Notes under the pieces: generated by a model
Database searches by the model: none
Seen by the model: the letters and a program-made list of their open reading frames with translations, nothing else
Told to the model about the DNA's origin: nothing
Translations under genes and position numbers: made by a program
Virus record (IMG/VR): IMGVR_UViG_3300020042_003876
Coordinates: 1-37,320 of that record
From: a virus
Taxonomy: Duplodnaviria > Caudoviricetes
Reading direction: 5' to 3' (one strand)
Length of the DNA: 37,320 nucleotides
Shown here: positions 9,301-17,819 of the stretch, piece after piece
How the letters are laid out: every line of letters starts with the position of its first letter
Position numbering within the stretch: position 1 is the stretch's first letter

Positions 9301-12204
9301 GAGGCAGATAAGGTTGCTGCTGCGCAAGCTATGCGTGATGGTGATCTTAAGAAGATGCGTGAGCTTGTTGCTATTGCTATGATGCGTCAACGATTTACTG
9401 GGATAACAGCAAAACAGGCTGATGATCTTATTGACTTTGTTACTGAAAACGGCGCTAAGATCATTGATGAGATTGGTGAAGTTTCTGGTTTTGGTGTAAT
9501 GGGTGGTGTTCCTTCTTTTGGAACACTATATGATGATGGTGCTTCGCTAGCGAATGATGCTGCTAATGGTGTAGTTAATTCTAGAATCATGTATCCTCGT
9601 GGCGAGTTTACCACTGTTGAACTTGGTGGAGATAATCCTCTACGTTTTACTTACTGGCATCGTAACATTATTGGCACAGCAGAGTATGACGGAATCATTG
9701 GCAAGATTGCTATCGCTAACTTGGATAAATCAGATGACGAGATTATCCCTCTTATTGCTAAAGCTATCCGTGAGGATACAGAGTTCCGTTACAAAGAACG
9801 TTTTGCTGCTTTCTACCAGATGAATGCTTCACCTGAAGATTTTGCTCGCCGTTACGTTTCTGACGTTCGTGCTATGTTCAGTAGTCCTGACGGAAAGTTG
9901 AACACTTCTCTATGGAATAGGATTGCTCCTCTTGACGGCACTACTGGTGAGCGTACTGTAGCTGCTTTAACACGTGAGGGTGGAGAAACTTCTACAGTTC
10001 TTAGAACTCAAGACCTTATGGATGTTCCGCCTAATCAACGACCTACTGGAGTTCTTGGCCGTGAGGTTAACGAGATTCCTACAGCTACGGACATGCGTGC
10101 TTTTGATAAGATTTGGTCTTGGATGGGTGAGCAGTATGCTCGCGTATCGCGTGAGCCTCTCTTTTTTGCACATTACCTTCGTGAGCGCAAGATTCTGCGC
10201 CCATACGAGGAGCGGTTAGCTGAAGATTTTGGTCCTGAGTTTGCCCGTAAGCAGGCAGGCAAGATAGCCACAGATCGTGCATACGGCATGGTTCTGTCTT
10301 ACACGGATAACCCCATGAACCGGACTATGCTTGCATATAACACTCGTAACGTTGCGCGATACTATCGTGCGACAGAAGACTTTGCTCGTAGGTTCCTGCG
10401 TGTTGCTAAGAACTATCCTGTTGGTATTTGGAAAGCTGCCCTAGTTTACGATCTTCTTGACGATACAGGTTTTGTTTTCAAGGACGAGAACGGGCAGAAG
10501 TATTTTGTCTACCCCGGTTCCGCTATAGCAATGAGTCTCGTAGCGGCTGCGTCTGCAAAGTTTTTCAACGTTGATACTGTGGATCTTGGTCCTTCAAGCT
10601 ACGAGTTGCGTGGCAAAGTAACAATGCTTGCACCTTCTTTTGATGTTAAATCAAACATTGTTACTTACTCTAGTCCTCTTTCTGGAATTGCAGTAAAAAG
10701 CGTTATGAACGCTTTCCCTGCTCTGCGTTCCTTAGAGCAGGCTCTTATCGGTGAATACGGTGAGGGTACAGATTTCTGGCAGACTCTTTTCGGTGGTCAC
10801 ATTACTAGGGCTTTGAATCTGTTCAGTAGTGACGAACGCGAGTCTGCTTATGCTTCAGTGTATAAGGACGCTATCCAGATTGCTGCTGCCGCCGGTTCCA
10901 TGCCTCCCCCAACAGCTATGGTCGATAGAGTTATACAGCTTGAGGATGGTACTTTTGCTGCTGAAGTTCGCTCTCTTGATCGTGATATTTTTGTTGCCTT
11001 GGATGCTCAAGGCAACGTTAAGGGACAGCTTGGCTCTATGCCTTCTTCTTCTATTCCTGAGGATCAGATCAGTCCTGAAATGCTTGATATTCTTGTGGGT
11101 AACATTACTTCTGAATATCAGGGTTACAACACTAAGCAGGATACAGACTTCCGCGCCAGAATGAACGTTCTTGTTCGTAGTCTTATGGTCGTACGTTTTG
11201 GTGGAGCTTTCTTGCTCCCAGCTAGCCCGCAGTTAACCGCAAACAACGTGAGTGACTATGCGCGTGAGCGTGGCATTCTTAATATTGATTCTGCTTTTAG
11301 AGAAATTGTTCGCGTAGAGTCTGCAAACGATTCTCAGAATCCCGTTGGTGATGCACTAGTTAAGTATGTTCAAACTTTTGGTTTGGATGCTGTTCCGTTT
11401 ACTATTTCTTCTACTGGTTCTAATGATCAGTTCGATAGTTTGAACAATTTGACTACCGTTGTTGCTACCCGTGAGGGTGCTATCTGGTCCCAAGAAAACA
11501 AGGATCTTGTAGACAATCATCTTACTGCTGCTAGTTTCTTGATGCCTCGTGTCGGAGAGTATGATGCTGATCAAGCTAGATGGCTTATCAGGGCTGGTTT
11601 AAAGATTCCTAAGAGTATCGAAGAAGTATACAATAAGGCTAAGGCTATTCGCGGTGAGGTTGTTTACTACGGTGAGCGCGATGAGGCTGAGAGCAGTATT
11701 GCTGACGCAAACAATAAGTATTATGCTGCTATGCAAACTGGGAACCAGACTGATATTGATGCTGCTTGGAACGAAGTAAAACTACGAGAGTCTGCGTGGA
11801 CTTCCAGAAGCAACGCTATTAAAGCTGAGTATCCTGCGCTTCAGGACAAGTCGGTAACAATTAGCAATAATGCCCGCGAGAGAATGATTGAAAACGAAAT
11901 CAAGCCTATGCTTGAATACATTTTTAATAAGCGCGGTAAGCCTATTGATCCAACTGTTTATTCTATGCGTGCTGCGGTAACTATTTTTGATGAGTATAAG
12001 ACTCTAATTAATTCTATCTCTGGCACTACTAATAAAGATGATGAGAGCAAGAGAATGTTGAAGATTGAACTTTCTCAACAGCTTGACTATATTGCCGGAG
12101 AAAATTCTAATATCATTTTCTTTGTTGATCAAATTCTTAAGCCAATAATTGACAGGAAATATGATCCTCCTGAAATTGGCATATCACCCTTTGGAGGTAG
12201 ATAA
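6328..12204 (+). CDS. Large internal virion / DNA-ejection protein (1958 aa)
   Basis: Very long ORF in the structural operon of a phage with no tail tube; function inferred from size and context only. Confidence 0.6.
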   Translation: MRELARTDGGLSDTEILFPSEAAGYVDPETVVTRDITPQEDFSPGGAIARRIKDQKYEDTIAFNAEYADLYNSGQNSVPNAREQSALLRYRKISAINAIAAAVPSSLERFPTIAKAIVGSDMDEKDARNLINLMELDNAWTAITNNPNDETYARNIILSMPVVQRAAFFDFIPAKLAELAAEAGRERSPIENAWNQSFESINKVFNGLLWVSDKGQQFVASQLKGYSEGSLSPFGNVEEYWSQVSKDNYDQNYLNQLIGEYTDPNFDAKAVVDVILRWEELRRDGQPDPNGRFIAEYAGTPQQSIVRNLIYSDNPDPRVLELARLVNTANVGNVGMLALSVLPDELRKNQVYDVAAGAINLTSTLVLDPTIIGSKINAAFRASRYALVKLSTEVGVDAAFKYRRTKTFFDAFGRDAENLKSLDAGKRALARDLMARQYGNYITPKMMDSMIEAGVKDADTAKEWFKGGFETVEIIEGRAARTNPWFSEMMSNTQNARRRPLLPGKTVAGVMSNRVRQIISMHNPINNRFAKQLDEEFPSATGSTKAEGLDVASTLISGEGINAYTARVGVQPRLQSSLLEDSKAFGYRYSDRSISARLDRLGRRFAKAPLARTLSLVDGRDAKKVYDWARAFVPRYHATFIADAWRNAANEAERKLIYNGLMRSTAAVKGIQYVNKSGLGVLDRIVPELRRGATYSPTVLRRTGADGTEIIEGADTVGETVIRKEFQGVDKNTLGAENFDEALYGEYNVSDAASKAVIDRQLQDTITRMLGENPKLFRTTTTVTGKVVSKPIPVGKVTFEDMRNMRITREVEIEINLSDLRTTNRFVAGIDDTVSTRNSLFGNQDLPLHLWQTSDNVAMPSFAKYEEYGVKASIFGGLYGATNGKIAQGFVDFWSLSNLAGPRYFVRNTIEDFSMYAITEGRFMDLYRGRRFTTAFRESRPSYTRRSSNAEKLVSRLGVVNRLTRRKKKTVELTGNPSDNAVWSIIKDGFDEADKVAAAQAMRDGDLKKMRELVAIAMMRQRFTGITAKQADDLIDFVTENGAKIIDEIGEVSGFGVMGGVPSFGTLYDDGASLANDAANGVVNSRIMYPRGEFTTVELGGDNPLRFTYWHRNIIGTAEYDGIIGKIAIANLDKSDDEIIPLIAKAIREDTEFRYKERFAAFYQMNASPEDFARRYVSDVRAMFSSPDGKLNTSLWNRIAPLDGTTGERTVAALTREGGETSTVLRTQDLMDVPPNQRPTGVLGREVNEIPTATDMRAFDKIWSWMGEQYARVSREPLFFAHYLRERKILRPYEERLAEDFGPEFARKQAGKIATDRAYGMVLSYTDNPMNRTMLAYNTRNVARYYRATEDFARRFLRVAKNYPVGIWKAALVYDLLDDTGFVFKDENGQKYFVYPGSAIAMSLVAAASAKFFNVDTVDLGPSSYELRGKVTMLAPSFDVKSNIVTYSSPLSGIAVKSVMNAFPALRSLEQALIGEYGEGTDFWQTLFGGHITRALNLFSSDERESAYASVYKDAIQIAAAAGSMPPPTAMVDRVIQLEDGTFAAEVRSLDRDIFVALDAQGNVKGQLGSMPSSSIPEDQISPEMLDILVGNITSEYQGYNTKQDTDFRARMNVLVRSLMVVRFGGAFLLPASPQLTANNVSDYARERGILNIDSAFREIVRVESANDSQNPVGDALVKYVQTFGLDAVPFTISSTGSNDQFDSLNNLTTVVATREGAIWSQENKDLVDNHLTAASFLMPRVGEYDADQARWLIRAGLKIPKSIEEVYNKAKAIRGEVVYYGERDEAESSIADANNKYYAAMQTGNQTDIDAAWNEVKLRESAWTSRSNAIKAEYPALQDKSVTISNNARERMIENEIKPMLEYIFNKRGKPIDPTVYSMRAAVTIFDEYKTLINSISGTTNKDDESKRMLKIELSQQLDYIAGENSNIIFFVDQILKPIIDRKYDPPEIGISPFGGR

Positions 12205-12992
12205 TGGCTTTTAAAGCAGAAGAGACAATTCCTCCTCCTCAAACTGAATTCGAGAAAGAATTAGAGCGTCAGCGTGCTGCTGCTGCTTCTGGTTCTGGTT
12301 CCTCTCAGACAGGTTCCTCATCCAGAGATTCTAAAACCGTAACCATCTTTCAGCTGCCTAACTACGGTGGCTACGGTGGGTGGGCTCCATCATCGAAGAC
12401 TTACCTAACTGACCCTGACTATAGTCAAGATGATCAAGCGTTAGCTTTGTGGGATAAGCCGGGTTATCTTACTGATGATGAACGTAACTATGTCAAGATG
12501 GCTGCTTTGTCTTACTACGGTAAGACTGCGGAGCAGGTTGATCCTTCATGGTATTCGTCTTTCTGGCTTCGCGCTTTTACTAGTGCTGCTTCAAGTGGTG
12601 CTGACGTATTTAGCATTATGGGCAATCTTGCTAAAGATGGTCAAGACGGTTCTGGCACTAGCGGTAGCGGTTCAGTTTCTGGTGGAGCTTCAACGGTTTC
12701 AACATACGATTTTACTCAACCGGAGATTGCACGCAAGCTTGTTGACACTTCTTTGAAAGGCTATCTGGGTCGTTCTGCCACAGAAGAAGAGGTCAAACAG
12801 TTTACTACTGCTTTGAGAGCTGAGGAGCAGGGTAACCCTACTGTTGTTACTCAGACTGGTTCTACTAATACGCGATCTGGTGGCGTTAACGCTGAGTTGT
12901 TTGCTGAAGATTACGCATTACAGCAGGAGGGTGCAGCAGAGTATCAGGCTGCCACTAAATATCTTGACTTGTTTATGGGAGCGTTGGGTTAA
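12204..12992 (+). CDS. Probable internal virion protein
   Basis: GGAGG RBS, TAATG coupling, G/S-rich linkers. Confidence 0.55.
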   Translation: MAFKAEETIPPPQTEFEKELERQRAAAASGSGSSQTGSSSRDSKTVTIFQLPNYGGYGGWAPSSKTYLTDPDYSQDDQALALWDKPGYLTDDERNYVKMAALSYYGKTAEQVDPSWYSSFWLRAFTSAASSGADVFSIMGNLAKDGQDGSGTSGSGSVSGGASTVSTYDFTQPEIARKLVDTSLKGYLGRSATEEEVKQFTTALRAEEQGNPTVVTQTGSTNTRSGGVNAELFAEDYALQQEGAAEYQAATKYLDLFMGALG

Positions 12993-12994
12993 TT

Positions 12995-13939
12995 ATGGCT
13001 GAAAAGAATGTTGATCCTCTGAATCTTGGAAAACTTGGCGAGGATTACGGTTTTGCCCGTGACATGATTGCTAGTGACGATAGTCTTATTAAGCTGTTTA
13101 AGTGGGCTGCGTCTCAGGGCGCGAACCTCCCTGATAATGCTTTCCTTGCTCGTTTGAAGAATACTTCTTGGTGGACTAAGAGTAGCCAGTCGTACCGTTC
13201 TGCTTATAAGGCAGAATTTTTTGGTGACACTACTTGGTCTGACGAGATTATGCCTCGTGCGAGGACTCGTATTGCTGCTGCCGCCGCCGCTATTGGGGTA
13301 AGTGTTACTCCCGAACAGCAGAATCGTTTGGCTCGCTTGGCTGAGTATGGTGGTTGGTCTGATGAGGAGCTTACGTCTGCTCTTGTTACTGGTTCAGATA
13401 TGACTGGCGAGGGTATCAAGAATTTTAAGGGATTGTCTGAGCGTTCGGGTGATCTTCGAGGTAATGCTAAGCTTGCTTACGACACGTTGCAAACTTATGC
13501 TGAAGACAGTGGTGTCCGTTACACGGATGAATGGTATCGGATGAAGGCTTTACAAATTCTTAATCCTAATTCTGGCGTGAATCCTAACGACATCTATATG
13601 GAGATTGGCGAGAAAGCCAAGTCTAAGTATCCTGCTTTGGCTAACGAGATTGGTTGGCAGGGTACTTCTTTTGTTACTGTTCGATCTGCCGCGAGTCCTT
13701 ACATACAAACTATTGCTGACACTCTTGAGCTTGACGCTAGTGAAATAAATCTTAATGACCGTCTTCTTTCTTCGGCTTTGAGGCAGACTGACTCTGCTAA
13801 TAAGCACACTCTTACTCCTTTGTGGAAGGTGGAAGAGGATGCTATTGCTGACGAGAGGTGGCAGGCTACTTCTGCCGGTAGGCGTGCTAACGGTAATTTG
13901 GCTGCCCTTATTTCTAGTACGTTTGGGGTTGGTTTCTGA
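12995..13939 (+). CDS. Probable internal virion protein
   Basis: 314-aa ORF in the structural operon, coupled to its neighbours. Confidence 0.55.
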   Translation: MAEKNVDPLNLGKLGEDYGFARDMIASDDSLIKLFKWAASQGANLPDNAFLARLKNTSWWTKSSQSYRSAYKAEFFGDTTWSDEIMPRARTRIAAAAAAIGVSVTPEQQNRLARLAEYGGWSDEELTSALVTGSDMTGEGIKNFKGLSERSGDLRGNAKLAYDTLQTYAEDSGVRYTDEWYRMKALQILNPNSGVNPNDIYMEIGEKAKSKYPALANEIGWQGTSFVTVRSAASPYIQTIADTLELDASEINLNDRLLSSALRQTDSANKHTLTPLWKVEEDAIADERWQATSAGRRANGNLAALISSTFGVGF

Positions 13940-14817
13940 TGGCTGAGAACTACGAAACTATTGCTCGCAGTTGGCGTAAGCTTGCTAAGGAAGCTATCCC
14001 AGACATTACTGCTGACGAGCTTCGACAACTCAATCAGCTTATTGTTACATATAAGGGCGCTCCCCCTGAGATTATCGTGCTGAACACTATGCGTAGTTTT
14101 GCATCGTACCAGACTCGTTACCCTGCATTTACTTACGCTTACGACAGCGGTGCTGTGCGTGACGAGCGTGAGTATCGCGCTCTTGAAATATCTTACACGA
14201 ACACTATTAAGCAGTATTTGGGTGATGCAGCTAACGCTTTCACTAGCCCAGATAAGCTTGGACAGTTTATGCTTGGTGACACTTCAGTAAATGAGGTTCG
14301 AGACCGGCTTGTTCAGGCTGAAAATCTTTTGGCTAGCGCCCCTGAAGAGTACAAGCGTGCCTTGCAAGAGAACTATGGTATTGATTCAAACTACCAGTTG
14401 GCGTTTCTTCTTGACCCTGCTACTACTAAGCCTCTTGTTGACAAGAAGGCTAACGATCTTCTACGTGGCGTGACTCTTGCTACTCGTGCAGCTCAGGAAG
14501 GTTTTAATCTTGATGCTGGCGAGCTTGCGAAGCTGACTTCCGATACGCAGTCTATGTATGGTGGAGACAATTTTGCTTCCGCTGATGTTGATGTTGTAAC
14601 GAAGATGAAGCAGGCGGCAATTATTGCTAGAAGTCAGGACACGCTTGCCGGTATTGAGCAGGATACTACATACAAGTCTACTGAGGCTGTCTCTGCACAG
14701 TACGGTGATGTTGAGTCTGTTCTTGCTTCGCAGAAGCGTGCTGAACGTGAGCGGGCACGTTTCGGTGGAACGTCTGGTGTTAGGCAAGGTTCTTTGAACG
14801 TTAATCGAAACCTGTAG
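13939..14817 (+). CDS. Probable internal virion protein
   Basis: 292 aa; helical, ending ERARFGGTSG; TGATG coupling. Confidence 0.55.
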   Translation: MAENYETIARSWRKLAKEAIPDITADELRQLNQLIVTYKGAPPEIIVLNTMRSFASYQTRYPAFTYAYDSGAVRDEREYRALEISYTNTIKQYLGDAANAFTSPDKLGQFMLGDTSVNEVRDRLVQAENLLASAPEEYKRALQENYGIDSNYQLAFLLDPATTKPLVDKKANDLLRGVTLATRAAQEGFNLDAGELAKLTSDTQSMYGGDNFASADVDVVTKMKQAAIIARSQDTLAGIEQDTTYKSTEAVSAQYGDVESVLASQKRAERERARFGGTSGVRQGSLNVNRNL

Positions 14818-14823
14818 GTTTCG

Positions 14824-14902
14824 GGGGCATGAAGGTATCGACTACTGTTAGAACCCCACGAGGGTAGTCAGTAGGACCACGGTTCGATTCCGTGATGCTC
14901 CA
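14824..14902 (+). ncRNA. Minimal tmRNA-like RNA (tRNA-like domain only, no tag reading frame)
   Basis: Acceptor stem GGGGCAT (14824-30)/ATGCTCC (14895-901) with G3.U70 and discriminator A. Stemless D-loop GAAGGTATCGA. Helix CTACTG (14842-47)/CAGTAG (14869-74), GAC linker and T-arm CACGG-TTCGATT-CCGTG. Confidence 0.85.
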
Positions 14903-14905
14903 CTC

Positions 14906-14990
14906 CACATCGGATCTACCGGCCCCGATGTGCGCCACAAGTCCGGTAGCAACAGCCTGCCAAGACTCCCCGGTCATGGTTGTGGGTTGC
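14906..14990 (+). ncRNA. Structured 5' leader of the scaffold/capsid genes: H-type pseudoknot plus hairpin
   Basis: Stem 1 CACATCGG (14906-13)/CCGATGTG (14925-32). Stem 2 CTACCGG (14916-22)/CCGGTAG (14943-49). Then an imperfect GCAAC...GTTGC hairpin to 14990. Confidence 0.7.
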
Positions 14991-15026
14991 GATCTCACTA
15001 ATGAGCGAAAGGGTGTATTACACATC

Positions 15027-15506
15027 ATGGATTACTACGAAGATGACGATCAGGACATGAATGATTCTGACGGTATTAAGCAATTACGTTCTGCTTTGAA
15101 AGCTGCACAGAAAAAGCTGAAGGAGCAGGATCAGGAACTTGATCACTTCCGATCTGGTGAACGTACGCGAAGTGTCGCAGATGTTTTGAACGCTCGTGGA
15201 TTGAATCCTAAGATTGCAGATTTGATTCCTTCGGATTTGCGTAACGCTGATGATATTAACCGTTGGGTTGAAGAGCGTGCTGACGTGTTTGCTGGGGTCA
15301 CAAGTGCCCCGTCGCAACAGCAGAATGATGCTCCTAACACGGTTATCCCACCAGCTAACGCTTCTCGCATGTCTGACGTTTTGTCGATTGGCGAGGATGT
15401 TCCGGGTGGCGAGGAGCAGTTGATGGCACAGATTCGTGCAGCGGCTAATCCCGCCGAATTGAATCGGCTTATTTTTGGTAACGAACAGGGTCCGTCTCTT
15501 TACTAA
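15027..15506 (+). CDS. Capsid scaffolding protein
   Basis: GAAAGGGTG RBS before ATG 15027; acidic N-terminus followed by a coiled coil; directly upstream of the capsid gene. Confidence 0.8.
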   Translation: MDYYEDDDQDMNDSDGIKQLRSALKAAQKKLKEQDQELDHFRSGERTRSVADVLNARGLNPKIADLIPSDLRNADDINRWVEERADVFAGVTSAPSQQQNDAPNTVIPPANASRMSDVLSIGEDVPGGEEQLMAQIRAAANPAELNRLIFGNEQGPSLY

Positions 15507-15551
15507 TCCCTGATTCACACATACATTTCTATCGAAAGAAGGTGAACAACT

Positions 15552-16514
15552 ATGGCTAATACCTTTACAGGTACAGCGACCATCTCTAACCAGACTGGTA
15601 TGACTAACGTCGTGCAGGCAGCATATGATCGATATGTTGAGATGGCTCTTCGTTCGCAGCCGCTCGTCCGTGATATTGCAGACAAGCGCCCTGTGCAGCA
15701 GGCTATGCCCGGTTCGTCAGTTGTATTCCAACTGTACTCTGATCTGGCTCAGGCTACTTCAACTCTTACGGAAAACGTTGACCCTGATGCGGTTGCGATT
15801 TCTAACACCAGCACTGTGACCGTTACTCTTAACGAGTACGGTAACGCCGCACTGCTTACCCGCAAGTTGGGTCTTTTCTCGTTGTCTGATGTTGATCCGG
15901 CTGCTGCCGATATCATTGCATACAACCTTGCAGATTCGCTTGACGCTGTTGCAATGGGTGTCCTACGTCAGGGCACGAACGTACTATTTGGTACGGGTGG
16001 CGCTACTGATGCTACTACTACGGCAACGATTGGTTCTGACGATATCATCGCTACTGCTGACATCCGTAAGGCTGTTGCTAAGTTGCGTGCTGGTCTTGCT
16101 GTGCCTCGTCTTGGCTCGCTTTACGCTTGCTACATTCACCCTGAGGTTTCGCACGATCTTCGTGCAGAGACTGGTTCAGGTGGATTCCAAGACCTGCACA
16201 AGTACGATGCGTCAGAAAATTTCTGGCCGGGATTCATTGGTACATATGAGGGTGCTTACTTTGTTGAGACCCCGCGCATGTATCAGGCGCTTGATGGTGC
16301 TTCGTCCACCACTCGCGTGTTCCGTACGATTCTTGCTGGCAAGCAGGCTCTCGCTGAGGCTGTGGCTGAAGAGCCGCACACCGTTGTGGGTCCGGTTGTT
16401 GACAAGTTGATGCGTCACCGTCCAATCGGATGGTATGGCGTTCTTGGTTGGGCACGTTACCGCGAGGCGGCTCTGTACCGCATTGAGGCTACTTCTTCAA
16501 TCAACAACACCTGA
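15552..16514 (+). CDS. Major capsid protein (N4-gp56-like family)
   Basis: TLNEYGN, YIHPEVSHDLR, GTYEGAYFVET, GKQALAEA and IGWYGVLG motifs; strong RBS AGAAGGTGA. Confidence 0.92.
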   Translation: MANTFTGTATISNQTGMTNVVQAAYDRYVEMALRSQPLVRDIADKRPVQQAMPGSSVVFQLYSDLAQATSTLTENVDPDAVAISNTSTVTVTLNEYGNAALLTRKLGLFSLSDVDPAAADIIAYNLADSLDAVAMGVLRQGTNVLFGTGGATDATTTATIGSDDIIATADIRKAVAKLRAGLAVPRLGSLYACYIHPEVSHDLRAETGSGGFQDLHKYDASENFWPGFIGTYEGAYFVETPRMYQALDGASSTTRVFRTILAGKQALAEAVAEEPHTVVGPVVDKLMRHRPIGWYGVLGWARYREAALYRIEATSSINNT

Positions 16515-16520
16515 TAGTTG

Positions 16521-16569
16521 ATGTTCCGTGGGGGTCACAGCATATTTTGGCTGTGGCCCCTGCGGGCAT
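16521..16569 (+). terminator. Long stem-loop after the capsid gene (terminator or mRNA stabiliser, no U-tract)
   Basis: About 20-bp stem with G.U pairs, 16521-41/16550-69, loop ATATTTTG. Confidence 0.7.
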
Positions 16570-16587
16570 TAGGGAAAGGATTTGGTT

Positions 16588-16905
16588 ATGGCTTGTAGGA
16601 CTGGTTGTGTAACGAAAGATCATGTTTCGTATTCGGAATGTTTGCGTGGTGCTGGGGTTAAGATTGCGTACTGTAATTCTGCTAATGGTCAGGATGCGAC
16701 TAAGCAGAAGCGATGGGATAAAGAACTTAATTTGTATCGTGACGCTAGGGCTGCTGGGGTGCAGCCTGCTGGGACTAAGACTTCTCAGATTCGTAAGGCT
16801 ATGGAAGTTAGTGAGAAGGCTGGTTCAGCGTTTGATGCTTCTACGAACACGTTTTCTAATGGAGCGCATTATTCCCCTAAGACAGATACGGTGGTAAAAT
16901 TCTAA
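16588..16905 (+). CDS. Hypothetical protein with N-terminal Cys/His cluster
   Basis: GAAAGGA RBS before ATG 16588; MACRTGCxxxDHxSYxECLR. Confidence 0.75.
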   Translation: MACRTGCVTKDHVSYSECLRGAGVKIAYCNSANGQDATKQKRWDKELNLYRDARAAGVQPAGTKTSQIRKAMEVSEKAGSAFDASTNTFSNGAHYSPKTDTVVKF

Positions 16906-17819
16906 TGACTCTTGTTAGGTCTTTGAACGTTAAGGCTGGCACTATTGTTGGTGGTGCGCCTACGTTGACTGCTACTAAGGCGGCTAACGTGCTTGCTTCT
17001 ACTACTGGTTTGTCTCTTGTGGGTGCTTTGAATAAGGTGAATAGCACGTCTGGTTTGGATCTTGCTGGCGTGTTGAATAAACTTGCTGGTACTTCGGGAA
17101 GGGATGTTGCTGCTGCTGCGGCAGCGTATTCTGTTGCTAGTGCTGCGACTGCTCCGGGTACTCCGACTAGTGTTTCTGCTTCGGCTTCTGGTTCTACTGT
17201 GACTGTGACGTGGACTGCTCCGGCTAACGGGGGAGCGGCTATTACTGCGTATGTTGTTCAGCGTTCTCCTGACGGAACAACTTGGACCACTCAGACTGAT
17301 ACTGATGCTAATGCTACTAACGCGACTGCTACTTTGACTTCGCAGGCAAATGGTACGTACACGTATCGTGTTGCTGCAACTAACTCTGTCGGTACGGGTT
17401 CTTATGGTACGAGTGGTTCTGTTGTTGTAACCGCAGCAACCGCTCCTTCTGCTCCTTCTGCGTTTGCTCAGACTAATGCTACTACCGTCATCGGCTCCGG
17501 CGCCTCGGTAGTCTCGTGGACTGCTCCGGCTAATGGCGGCGCTGCGATCACGTCCTACTCAATCACGTACAAGTACGTGAGCAATGACTCTGGTGACGTG
17601 ACTCCGCAAATCACATTGGTCACCTCCTCTCAGGCCGGGACTTCCTACAGCATCGCGGAGGCCGCCAGCCACGGGGTCGCCCCTGACGCCGCTGGGGTTG
17701 GCGCTCAACCGCGCTGGCGTGAAGGCAACGTCGGATATCAGGTTATAGTCACCGCCACCAACTCGGTGGGCACGGGACCGGCTGGAACCTACTCCTTCTC
17801 GACCAGCGGAGGATCGTGA
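16905..17819 (+). CDS. Virion decoration protein with two fibronectin type III domains
   Basis: Two copies of V-x-WTAPANGGAAIT-x-Y...V-x-ATNSVGTG. Confidence 0.85.
   Translation: MTLVRSLNVKAGTIVGGAPTLTATKAANVLASTTGLSLVGALNKVNSTSGLDLAGVLNKLAGTSGRDVAAAAAAYSVASAATAPGTPTSVSASASGSTVTVTWTAPANGGAAITAYVVQRSPDGTTWTTQTDTDANATNATATLTSQANGTYTYRVAATNSVGTGSYGTSGSVVVTAATAPSAPSAFAQTNATTVIGSGASVVSWTAPANGGAAITSYSITYKYVSNDSGDVTPQITLVTSSQAGTSYSIAEAASHGVAPDAAGVGAQPRWREGNVGYQVIVTATNSVGTGPAGTYSFSTSGGS

Noticed and set aside
6328-12204. Tape measure protein or virion RNA polymerase
   Set aside because: There are no tail tube or tail chaperone genes, no periodic tape-measure repeats and no polymerase motif that I could recognise.
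14824-14902. Conventional tRNA-Ala
   Set aside because: There is no U8/A9, no D-stem and no 5-bp stem/7-nt loop anticodon arm; the loop and GAC linker match tmRNA instead.
14869-14907. attP fragment for integration into ssrA
   Set aside because: attP sites carry only one end of the target gene. Here both ends are present and mutually paired, and I see no integrase or repressor.
14892-15026. 45-aa N-terminal extension of the scaffold ORF (or a resume frame for the TLD)
   Set aside because: It starts inside the T-arm with no RBS, while a good RBS precedes ATG 15027. A 45-codon open frame in GC-rich structured DNA can occur by chance.
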